From the NCBI RefSeq assembly GCF_041642155.1, contig NZ_JBEPWZ010000001.1, forward strand, positions 3,507-67,506: a stretch of DNA of 64,000 bases, given 5' to 3'. The notes beneath the pieces are model-generated. The model made no database searches. It saw only the letters and a list, made by a program, of their open reading frames with translations, and had not been told where the DNA came from. The DNA is from Fodinibius sp. GTDB lineage: Bacteria; Bacteroidota; Rhodothermia; Balneolales; Balneolaceae. How positions within the stretch are numbered: position 1 is the first letter of the stretch; each line of letters starts with the position of its first letter. Both the position numbers and the translations under genes were made by a program. Shown in pieces: positions 1 to 8,379 of this stretch.

Positions 1-1284
1 GGCTACGACTGTACGGCAGTCCGCGATGGAGAGGAAGCCATCAAAGCGATCGATAAAAGAAGTTACGATATTATTATTTCGGATTTAAAAATGCCGAACG
101 TTAATGGTCTCGGCGTGTTAGAGCATGCTTTACAGCACTCGTCGGATACGCTCACCATTATTATTACGGCGCATGGAACCATAGAGACGGCTATCCAGGC
201 GTTACGCAAGGGAGCAGCTGATTATATTCTGAAACCTCTCGATTTTGACGAGGTGCTAATCCGAATCGAAAACCTGCTTAAACACAAAAAGGTGGTTCAG
301 GAAAATAAACACCTGCGCGAACAGATCGACCAGGAATACAACTTCAACCATATTATCGGTGAGAGCGAGGCCATGAAGAAGATCTATAAAATGGTCGAGC
401 GGGTCAGCGGCGCCAGCAGTAATGTACTTATTACCGGTGAAAGCGGAACCGGTAAGGAGCTGGTTGCACGGGCCATTCATTTCAACGGAAATCGGGCCGA
501 AAAACCCTTTCTGGCGATCAATTGCGGTGCCATTCCCGAAGACCTGATCGAATCGGAACTTTTTGGCCATAAAAAAGGGGCTTTTACCGGAGCGTCCTCC
601 GATAAAGACGGGGTGTTTGTAGCAGCACGCGGCGGGACCGTCTTCCTGGATGAGGTGGCGGAAATACCGCTTAACCTGCAGGTCAATTTGCTGCGGGTAC
701 TGCAGGAGCGTGAAGTTAAGCCCGTGGGGGCGAATCAAAATATAAGCTTTGACACGCGCATCATTTCAGCGACGAACAAAGACCTGGAAGCAGAGGTGGA
801 AAAAGGGGCTTTTCGGGACGACTTGTTCTATCGTCTGAATGTTGTAGAGCTGGAGCTGCCCAATTTGCAGCAGCGCCGCGAGGATATCCCGCTCCTGGCC
901 CACCATTTCCTGCGAAAATACAATAAAGAGTTAACACGAAATAAAAAGGGAATTTCCAGTGAGGCGATGAGTGCTATGATGTCCTATGAATGGAAAGGAC
1001 AGGTTCGGGAACTGGAAAATGTAATTGAACGCGCGGTACTACTCAGCGATAACGATTATCTTTTGCTGGAAGACCTTCCGAGCGCCATCCGGGAGGTAGA
1101 TCACTCGGAAACGGTACCTGTAAATACGGGCAAACTGGACCAGGCCGTGCAGGTATTCGAGAAACATCATATCCAAAGCATGCTTAAGCGCACGGACGGC
1201 AATAAATCAGAAGCAGCCCGATTGCTCGGGATTGATCCCTCTACCCTTTATCGCAAAATGGAGCGGCTGGGATTGTCGGAATAG
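1..1284 (+). CDS. sigma-54-dependent response regulator / enhancer-binding protein (NtrC-AtoC family), 5' end outside window
   Basis: Frame 1 is open from base 1 (GYDCTAVRDGEEAIKAIDKRSYDIIISDLKMPNVNG = receiver domain with acceptor Asp). AAA+ core has Walker A GESGTGKE, the sigma-54 contact motif KKGAFTGA, ESELFGH and VRELENV. C-terminal Fis-type HTH is AARLLGIDPSTLYRKM. Confidence 0.92.
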   Translation, partial: GYDCTAVRDGEEAIKAIDKRSYDIIISDLKMPNVNGLGVLEHALQHSSDTLTIIITAHGTIETAIQALRKGAADYILKPLDFDEVLIRIENLLKHKKVVQENKHLREQIDQEYNFNHIIGESEAMKKIYKMVERVSGASSNVLITGESGTGKELVARAIHFNGNRAEKPFLAINCGAIPEDLIESELFGHKKGAFTGASSDKDGVFVAARGGTVFLDEVAEIPLNLQVNLLRVLQEREVKPVGANQNISFDTRIISATNKDLEAEVEKGAFRDDLFYRLNVVELELPNLQQRREDIPLLAHHFLRKYNKELTRNKKGISSEAMSAMMSYEWKGQVRELENVIERAVLLSDNDYLLLEDLPSAIREVDHSETVPVNTGKLDQAVQVFEKHHIQSMLKRTDGNKSEAARLLGIDPSTLYRKMERLGLSE

Positions 1285-1505
1285 CTGTTAAACGGTTACC
1301 CGTTATTCGTATGGCTTTGTGTCATACGATGAGGGACTTTGAAAATACCACCAAACGGCTGTTTTTCAACCGTCTCATGGATATTTATTCCGGACTTTTA
1401 ACTGAGATACAGGATATAGGAATACTCTGATTGTTACCGCCGATGAGCGCAATCCAACGTCCAACGCCCGGGCAGGCGGTACGGAGCGATGGTGCAAAGC
1501 CCTCT

Positions 1506-2234
1506 TTAGGGCATGCCCGGAACCGGGATCATACTCATCGTTGCTGCCCCATCCTTCCCATCTCTGAGCGTTACGGTGACATCAAAGAAAACCATCAGCG
1601 TTTTTTTTGCGCGGATAAGGCCAAACATTGTACTGGGAGGCTCGATATCGTACGTATCCATGTGAACTTCTTTCCGGCCTTTCACATGAAACTTGTTGTT
1701 GTCATGGATTCTGCCCTGGACAAGGAAGGTCGTGGTATCCCGCACCCCGGCAATTTCCATCACGCCCCGGGTGCGAATGGACATCCATTTATCCCCGCCG
1801 GCTACCGAATCTTCCGGTTCTTCTGCCAGCGAGGCATTGAGCAGGCGATACCTGATAACCGGGAACTGTTCTTGCTTCAAAGCTTCATACATATCCCTGT
1901 TCATCTTTCGCTTGCCGCAGTCGAGAGAGGCAACCGGCAAGGATACGGCAATAGCGACCTGGCCTTCCCCGGTGACGGTTGATGCGGGGTCCGTCGTATT
2001 TTTAATATTTCCCTGGCCCGAAAGCTCCTCGGCATGGCAGCTAAAGTCGACGGGGCCGGCCGTGCCTTCGATCCAGAGCTCACCGCCTTCATCTATAGAA
2101 ATAGCGCCGGGAAGCGATTGTGCGTCCCCTCGCGATGGGATGATCAGCACCACCAGCAGTATCATGCCACCCACTCTTTGGAGGGTGCGCATGATTCCAG
2201 CCGGGAAATATGAGGCGAGGCGAGACATCAGCAA
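1506..2234 (-). CDS. YceI-like periplasmic protein (paralogue 2)
   Basis: 242-aa ORF. The signal peptide is best from the internal Met at 2192 (MRTLQRVGGMILLVVLIIPSRGDAQS). It shares blocks with the adjacent ORF (MNRDMYEALKQEQFPVIRY vs MNGKMYDALKKDDHPNITF; YDIEPPSTMFGLI vs YDVDPPSAMFGTI) typical of the YceI family. Overlapping plus-strand ORFs are shadows. Confidence 0.75.
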   Translation of the reverse strand: MLMSRLASYFPAGIMRTLQRVGGMILLVVLIIPSRGDAQSLPGAISIDEGGELWIEGTAGPVDFSCHAEELSGQGNIKNTTDPASTVTGEGQVAIAVSLPVASLDCGKRKMNRDMYEALKQEQFPVIRYRLLNASLAEEPEDSVAGGDKWMSIRTRGVMEIAGVRDTTTFLVQGRIHDNNKFHVKGRKEVHMDTYDIEPPSTMFGLIRAKKTLMVFFDVTVTLRDGKDGAATMSMIPVPGMP

Positions 2235-2257
2235 ATGTATTCTTATTTATTATTTAC

Positions 2258-2854
2258 TTATTGTTCAGAGAAAAAGAGTTCAAAAGAGATTGTAACCATT
2301 TCCCCGCTTTTTATCGTACCGAACATGGCAGACGGTGGATCAACATCATAATCTTCCATGTTAAGTTCATAGCTGCCGGTAAAGGTATAGACTCCATCCC
2401 CTGTAACACTTCCTTCTACAGGAAAGTTTATTTCTTCACTGACGCCGGCAATAGTAAGCGTACCGGTTGTATTGAGTGTAAACGAAGATTCCGAAGAGCC
2501 TTCCGATATTTCGGCCGTTGAAAGCTCAAACGTGATATTTGGATGGTCGTCTTTTTTAAGGGCATCATACATCTTGCCATTCATTCGTCCTTTGCCACTT
2601 TCCATTTCCTCTACCGGTACCGTAAGAGTAAGTGATGTAACCGGATTTTCGTCAGACTCCGGCGTAAAGGCGGATGCATTAAAATTAGCGTCAATATTTA
2701 TTTCCTCTACGTCGGCAGTCCAGTCGTGAATAGAGGAGGTGCCGTCAACCTGCATGGTACTCTTGTCGAGCAATTCATAATCGGAAGATTGCGCGGTCAC
2801 GCTTCCGCTGAATGCAAACAAGAACAGTAACAGTGATAGTAGTAACGATTTCAT
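2258..2854 (-). CDS. YceI-like periplasmic protein (paralogue 1)
   Basis: 198-aa ORF with signal peptide MKSLLLSLLLFLFAFSGSVTAQ. YceI-type layout (DKSTMQVDGTSSIHDWTA..., C-terminal DPPSAMFGTIKSGEMVTISFELFF). Confidence 0.8.
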   Translation of the reverse strand: MKSLLLSLLLFLFAFSGSVTAQSSDYELLDKSTMQVDGTSSIHDWTADVEEINIDANFNASAFTPESDENPVTSLTLTVPVEEMESGKGRMNGKMYDALKKDDHPNITFELSTAEISEGSSESSFTLNTTGTLTIAGVSEEINFPVEGSVTGDGVYTFTGSYELNMEDYDVDPPSAMFGTIKSGEMVTISFELFFSEQ

Positions 2855-2897
2855 AATAACCTCATTTTATTGTTAAATGTTTTTCAGTGTATAATAG

Positions 2898-2913
2898 TGC
2901 AATCATCGTTCCA
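2898..2913 (-). promoter_or_regulatory. candidate sigma-54 (-24/-12) promoter for the YceI operon
   Basis: Minus strand reads TGGAACGATGATTGCA. This matches TGGCAC-N5-TTGCA with exact GG-N10-GC spacing and one core mismatch. The -12 element lies about 45 nt upstream of the ATG at 2854. Confidence 0.5.
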
Positions 2914-3392
2914 AAGAATGCGCATAACAAAACTTTTAACTAAAAAATACCTTGACGGGGTATAGAAACGCATTTCCGGCAGTAAGCCACAGCTCGCCAG
3001 CTATAGCATCCAGGAAAAGATTGCAACCATGCAAACACCGCCAAAATGGCCGTTGCAGCTATGCAATACCGTAAGATGTTGAGTGAATGTTCAGGGCATC
3101 TGTCCCGGACTTCACACCGGGAAACACGACCGGGGACAAAACAAATCCCCAAAAGTGCGGGAAAGATGTTTCTCTTTGTTAACACCGATGCCTGGGAGGC
3201 CAATTCAGCACCCGGGGACCCATTTCACCGTTCTAGCAGGTTCAGTGCCGGTTCATTTCTTTTAACAGCGCTAATGCATTGCTATTAATTAGGTTATCGG
3301 AATTCTATTTTACTTGCAGGGGATACCGGCCATGCTTATCCGGAGGATTCCGGAGGGAGAATATAAAATTAACATACCCAAAATCAGAAAAC

Positions 3393-3408
3393 TGGTCTGT
3401 TAATTGCA
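3393..3408 (+). promoter_or_regulatory. candidate sigma-54 (-24/-12) promoter for the orphan receiver gene
   Basis: Plus strand reads TGGTCTGTTAATTGCA. TGG, the G at position 7 and TTGCA have correct spacing. It lies about 90 nt upstream of the ATG at 3498. Confidence 0.45.
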
Positions 3409-3497
3409 TTGATATAAAGCAGGTAACGCTTGCTTTAAGCCAACCGTCACGGCAGTGTATTTACTACATCATAACATTCAAGAAATACTGACAAACG

Positions 3498-3866
3498 ATG
3501 CAATCGCGGGCCATTCTTATTGCAGACCAGGAAGAAGCAGTCAGAGAGTCGCTTCAGTTAATCATGAGCGACGAGGGTTATCGGTGCTTCTCCGGTTCCA
3601 GTAAATCAGAAATACTGGAGATACTTGCTAAGGAAGACATTACCGTCATTATACTTGATAGCCAGCTGACTATTAAAACAGGCCTGCCGACCATCATTAA
3701 AGAACGGTACCCAAAGATCAAAATAATTGTTATCAGTTCGTATGCAGCACTGGAGAGTATTCAGCTGGTCCTGATGGACAATACGGATGGAATTATTCTT
3801 AAGCCCCTGGATTTTGATGAACTGATTGACCTGGTCAATCGCTTAACGGAACCTGCTTCTTTATAA
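3498..3866 (+). CDS. stand-alone response-regulator receiver domain protein
   Basis: 122 aa with CheY-like layout: AILIADQEE, acceptor Asp in VIILDSQL, VISSY, ILKPLDFDEL (conserved Lys-Pro). No output domain. Confidence 0.8.
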   Translation: MQSRAILIADQEEAVRESLQLIMSDEGYRCFSGSSKSEILEILAKEDITVIILDSQLTIKTGLPTIIKERYPKIKIIVISSYAALESIQLVLMDNTDGIILKPLDFDELIDLVNRLTEPASL

Positions 3867-4070
3867 GAGTGGGGGACTTGATTACTGATCCGGATTGAAC
3901 TTGCTCTCCAGCCTGAGCTGTATACTACAAATTCGGATACCAAATTACATAACGCTTCCCGGATATTTGCCTCTTGCGATAAGACCGAAACAAAGCCGAA
4001 ACGTATCTAACCTATTGGACGTTTTACTATATAATCGCACCCACAAAACATATTAAGGCCATTTGCTGTT

Positions 4071-5021
4071 ATGAGTACACCAATGAGGGCATCCTATTTT
4101 GAGGAATTCGGAGAGTTAGACCAGATAAAAACCGGCACGCTGGAACGTCCTGAAGCCGGGGAGGGGGAAGTGCTTGTCCGCGTGAGGGCAGCGGGCGTAA
4201 ATCCCGTGGACGCCGCCGTAGCCCGGGGGATGCTGCAGCAGGCCATACCGGCTAAATTCCCGGCCGTCCCGGGTTGGGATCTTGCCGGAGAGGTGAAAGA
4301 GCGGGGTCATGCGGCCCGCAGGTTCGACGAAGGGGACGAGGTCTATGCCTATGCGCGCAGGCCCACGGTACAACACGGGACTTTCGCGGAATATGTGGCC
4401 CTGCCGGAGTGCTATCTTGCCCGCCGCCCCCAAACGATAACGATGACCGAAGCCGGCGGGATTCCCCTCGTCGGACTTACGGCCTACCAGGCGCTTTTCC
4501 TGGCCGGAGATCTCAGCGAAGGCGATACGTTATTGATACTCGGTGCTTCCGGTGGAGTCGGTACCCTCGCCATACAACTGGCCAAAACCGCCGGTGCCAC
4601 CGTCATCGGGGTCGCGGGCAAACACAACCAGGCGTATATGAAAGAGCTCGGTGCGGACGAAACGATTGACTATGCGGCCGGGAATGTGGGAGAAGCGATC
4701 CGGGCCGCCGTCAGGGAGGATATTGATTTTATCTTTCACTGTTCCCGGGGCGATTCCCTGGATCAAAGTATCGATACGCTCAAAAGCGGGGGACAGCTTG
4801 TCTCCATTACGAACAGCCAACCCGGGGTCCGTGACGATATCCGCTTCGAGTACGTGTTTGTAGAGCCGAATGCGAGACAACTGAAACATCTTCAGGAACT
4901 GGTCGATGAGAATAGCATTAAGATCCCCGTTTCCAAAACATTTGGCCTGGAGGACACCGGTAAAGCTATCCGGGAGATCGAATCTCTTCATACACGGGGT
5001 AAAACCGTTATTACACCCTGA
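4071..5021 (+). CDS. NADPH:quinone oxidoreductase / zinc-type alcohol dehydrogenase superfamily (MDR)
   Basis: 316 aa. GroES-like N-terminus (GEGEVLVRVRAAGVNPVD) and Rossmann motif ILGASGGVGTLAIQLAK. Confidence 0.85.
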   Translation: MSTPMRASYFEEFGELDQIKTGTLERPEAGEGEVLVRVRAAGVNPVDAAVARGMLQQAIPAKFPAVPGWDLAGEVKERGHAARRFDEGDEVYAYARRPTVQHGTFAEYVALPECYLARRPQTITMTEAGGIPLVGLTAYQALFLAGDLSEGDTLLILGASGGVGTLAIQLAKTAGATVIGVAGKHNQAYMKELGADETIDYAAGNVGEAIRAAVREDIDFIFHCSRGDSLDQSIDTLKSGGQLVSITNSQPGVRDDIRFEYVFVEPNARQLKHLQELVDENSIKIPVSKTFGLEDTGKAIREIESLHTRGKTVITP

Positions 5022-5324
5022 ATATAGAACTTCACCCGAATACCCCAGCACCTCAACGTTGCGATGGGACCCCTATGATGATTAGCCCGGCCTTCCCTAC
5101 TACAAAAAGCCCGCCTTTCTCCCCATCCCGGCAGTGGTCTCCCCTCTTTCCACCCCAATGTTCTGAAGGTCTTGAATTGCATACATACAGGTGGATAAGA
5201 GAATCTTTTAGATTCCACGATCACCGGTTCCCTGGATTTTAAGCACTTTGCACAGTTGGCGCCAGAAGCTGTCTGTTACCCTCTACGGGAATGATCCAGC
5301 ACGAGGTTGGCGTGGGACACTATA

Positions 5325-5361
5325 TAAAAAAACGGTGCCACCATATCATGGCGACACCGTT
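5325..5361 (-). terminator. rho-independent terminator downstream of the porin-like gene
   Basis: Minus strand reads AACGGTGTCGCCATGATATGGTGGCACCGTT followed by TTTTTT. It lies about 40 nt after the stop at 5397. Confidence 0.6.
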
Positions 5362-5396
5362 GAAGGGATTAGGGATAGGGAATAGTCAGGGCTACA

Positions 5397-6713
5397 TTAG
5401 AAACTGATGACCGCTTCGAGCATGACACCGTCAAATTCACCACCGTCATATTTGGTACCTACAAAGCTATCTCCGTCATAGGACTGTTTCATATACTCCA
5501 GCTTGGCCAGTACATTCTTAGTCAGGAACCAGCCGCCGCCGAGGTTGAAGCGATCGATCTCGACATCTCCGTTTACAGATTCACCATCCACCAGGTTATA
5601 ACGGCCACCCAGGTAGAAATTTTCATTGGCCCCAAAGCGATAGAGCAGTTCCGCACCATATTGATTGTAAGTTCGCGAGTCGGCTCCTTTAACATTACCG
5701 GACGTATTTTCATAGACTCCGTAGAACTCCAGCCCCTGGAATTTTACAAAGGGGTTGATCATAATGGCCGTCATTTCTCCTGCGCCAGGTTCAGCACCTC
5801 GTGGGGGAGTAAAGCTGGGAGCAAAGCGCCCGGAACGAAATCCGTCATCCATTACGCTGTAGTAGCGGGAACCGGCCCGGTCTCCGGAGTACAGGTAGAT
5901 CGAGGGAGAGTTCGATACATTCAGAATGGACCCCGTCAAACGAAGGTGTATGACATCGCCCATCTTCTTTTCATACCCCAATTTACCATAGACGGTCGCA
6001 TGCGTTTTAATATCACCGGCAACAACGCTCTGGTTCAGTTTACCGTTGCTCAGGCCGAACATGGCAAGCAAGCCCTTATTGTAATAATAGAGTTCGCCGG
6101 CTACTTCCGTGGTAAACGAATCCATGATGTAATTTCCTACAAATGGGTTGTGGATAGCTGATGCATTATCCGTTCTTCTGAAGTGGTTGTCGCCGTAGTT
6201 GAGCTCCATGTGGCCCACTTTAATACGAACTTTGTCCATCACGTCGGAAAGCAAGCCTTCCTGGATGAAATCAAGACGATCGACCTGCATATAGCCACTC
6301 TTGACGTAGGCTTCCGTGTGGTGTTGCGAGGTTAAGTAGGTCCGCAAGTGCATGCGAAGTCCGTCCCCGAGGGCGACATCAAGGTCTAAATTGGAGGTCG
6401 CGAGATTGAAATTTGATTCCAGCTCCGACAAGGTGTTCATAATAGGCTCGCCGTTTTCATCGACCCCCGTTTGCCACGGGCCGGCATTTTCATGGCTCAG
6501 ACCCTGAAATTGAAGGGTATTTGCCCCGCCGATGCGAACGTTCACTCCGTCGAATTCAACGTCCGTCTCAAAAGGAGCTTCAAACTGGTTAAGCCCGGTC
6601 TGGTCGGGATTGGTAAAATACTGCATTTCCCGGTCGAACTGGGCAAAGGCGCTTCCCGCCATCATAAAGAAGCCGAGAAGGAATAGTGAGGTATATTGTA
6701 TGAAATATTTCAT
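5397..6713 (-). CDS. outer-membrane beta-barrel porin-like protein
   Basis: 438 aa. Signal peptide MKYFIQYTSLFLLGFFMMAGSAFAQ, alternating hydrophobic beta-strand pattern, aromatic C-terminus (...GVMLEAVISF). Confidence 0.6.
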   Translation of the reverse strand: MKYFIQYTSLFLLGFFMMAGSAFAQFDREMQYFTNPDQTGLNQFEAPFETDVEFDGVNVRIGGANTLQFQGLSHENAGPWQTGVDENGEPIMNTLSELESNFNLATSNLDLDVALGDGLRMHLRTYLTSQHHTEAYVKSGYMQVDRLDFIQEGLLSDVMDKVRIKVGHMELNYGDNHFRRTDNASAIHNPFVGNYIMDSFTTEVAGELYYYNKGLLAMFGLSNGKLNQSVVAGDIKTHATVYGKLGYEKKMGDVIHLRLTGSILNVSNSPSIYLYSGDRAGSRYYSVMDDGFRSGRFAPSFTPPRGAEPGAGEMTAIMINPFVKFQGLEFYGVYENTSGNVKGADSRTYNQYGAELLYRFGANENFYLGGRYNLVDGESVNGDVEIDRFNLGGGWFLTKNVLAKLEYMKQSYDGDSFVGTKYDGGEFDGVMLEAVISF

Positions 6714-7182
6714 GGTAGTACCTGTTTTTTGGAGTTAGTGCTTACTGGTTTTGTTAAAATTGAATAATGATGTCATTAAATTTCGTTGATGCTGGCTATG
6801 CTGAAGAGCATATCCTAAGTGCTTTCCGTGCATTCCATTTGTAGTGATTACAACTTCTGTTCCAAAAAGGAGAGAAGAGATAAAAAAATTGAATAACATC
6901 ACGAATTACCCTTTAAGGGGCTACAGGCGGGATTTTTCTCACTCTTTTTTTAAATGGAAAAATGACGGTCTGCAAGCCTTTCCTTTCGGTCTTGCAATTC
7001 TGCAAGACTATCCGTCGCTGCCGGTGCGAAGCTGCAATAGGGGGAGGTAGTATCCCATCAGGTACCTGAATTACACTTGATTAACCGGTCCGCTCACTCA
7101 TCCGGCACTATAGTTTAACATTGAATGACTTTTCTATATATTACTTTGTTATTCAAATCGTAATAAAAAAGAGGATGAGGAT

Positions 7183-7560
7183 ATGGGTATGATAGAAAAA
7201 GCAGGTCGTTATTTATTCGCACTGCCATTTGGCATTTTTGGACTCTTTCACTTTATGAATGCAGGACAGATGGCAGGAATGGTTCCGATTCCCGGTGGCG
7301 TTTTTTGGGTTTACTTGACGGGAATAGCATTGTTAGCCGCATGTATTAGTATCCTGATTGAAAAAAAAGCACGCCTGGCTTGTATACTGCTCGGGGTTAT
7401 GCTGCTTATCTTTGTATTGACCATTCACCTCCCCGGTGTACTGGGAGAAGGGGGACAATCAGCAATGACGATGTTGTTAAAAGATACCGCTATGGCGGGT
7501 GGGGCCTGGATCCTTGCCGGTCAGTTTCCGAGTGAGACGGACTCAGGGTTTAACGAATAG
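7183..7560 (+). CDS. DoxX-family small membrane protein
   Basis: 125 aa with four predicted TM helices (FALPFGIFGLFHF, VFWVYLTGIALLAACISILI, LACILLGVMLLIFVLTIHL, AMAGGAWILAG). Family assignment is by recollection of DoxX-like topology. Confidence 0.55.
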   Translation: MGMIEKAGRYLFALPFGIFGLFHFMNAGQMAGMVPIPGGVFWVYLTGIALLAACISILIEKKARLACILLGVMLLIFVLTIHLPGVLGEGGQSAMTMLLKDTAMAGGAWILAGQFPSETDSGFNE

Positions 7561-7581
7561 ATGTCTGTTTTGAATCCAATA

Positions 7582-8214
7582 TCACAAAGCTCTGCCCATC
7601 ATATCATCGGGATTGGACACAAATTCTTCGCATGTCAACCAGCTGTTCCAGGGTGTGGGTCCCCCCGCACAGTTCCGGATGGTACCCGCCAGGCTTAGGA
7701 ACTCGCGGACTACCTTTTGGTTTTCGGTGTCATACACCACGGTCGTCGTCCCACCCTGTCCGGGGTTATTATCCTGCCCCGGATCATAGAACTCACCGGG
7801 ATCAAGCCGGCCGGCAAGAGCAAAATCTTCGCCAAACGCGCTCTCGGCCCCGCCCTTGGCCGCATTCACTTCGTGATTCCGAATTAAGATAGTAAGTCCG
7901 TCAGGCCCCGGGAAGGTGGCCATCCCGTCCGGGCGATGCGGTACCGAAAAGCCGTCATCCATTTTATCGCCGAAGGTAGAAATAATATTATAGGAAAACG
8001 CTTCCGGCAAATTAAAAAGTCCGGCGGGATCTGACTGCAGCGGACCAAAGGGATCGGTTATCAGCTTTTGGGCCACTCGTCCCGAAGAGGTGCAGCTGCT
8101 TAGTATGTGTAACCCTGAAAAGCCCAGTGTCAGGGCCCCGGCCTGTTGTAAAAAATGTTTGCGTGATATCGACACAGATAATTTTATGTGTTCCTGAATC
8201 TGGCTGACGAGCAA
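7582..8214 (-). CDS. PhoX/DUF839-family protein, N-terminal fragment only (probable truncated gene)
   Basis: 210 aa. Tat-like signal (SRKHFLQQAGALTLGFSG). The DUF839/PhoX hallmark block TIRNCAGGPTPWNSWLTCEE is followed by a stop after 16 more residues. Full-length family members continue for several hundred residues. Confidence 0.6.
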   Translation of the reverse strand: MLVSQIQEHIKLSVSISRKHFLQQAGALTLGFSGLHILSSCTSSGRVAQKLITDPFGPLQSDPAGLFNLPEAFSYNIISTFGDKMDDGFSVPHRPDGMATFPGPDGLTILIRNHEVNAAKGGAESAFGEDFALAGRLDPGEFYDPGQDNNPGQGGTTTVVYDTENQKVVREFLSLAGTIRNCAGGPTPWNSWLTCEEFVSNPDDMMGRAL

Positions 8215-8379
8215 CTTTCAAGGCATAGGATATACAAAACAAATAGTAACGTAAAGTAATAAGTTTTACCCTTCACCGGCTGTACCATTAGCCTAATTTC
8301 CGATTCATACCATAAAAAAGGCGCTTACCTTCTGCGGGTAAGAAGGTTAATTCAAAAGCCCATAACGAGTAGGCGGAAC

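Noticed and set aside
1335-1375. CTTTGAAAA-N-TTTTTCAA inverted repeat resembling the ends of the 135-bp cassette.
   Set aside because: It lacks the CCCGAAGCATCGGG hairpin core and the 135-bp spacing. It lies between convergent genes, so a weak AT-rich bidirectional terminator or chance similarity is more likely.
2940-3491. Overlapping 60-87-aa ORFs (2940-3203 minus, 3046-3288, 3083-3265 and 3279-3491 plus) in the YceI / receiver intergenic region.
   Set aside because: They overlap one another, have Cys/Arg/Pro-rich odd composition and show no recognisable motifs. The region is better explained as a regulatory spacer with sigma-54 promoters.
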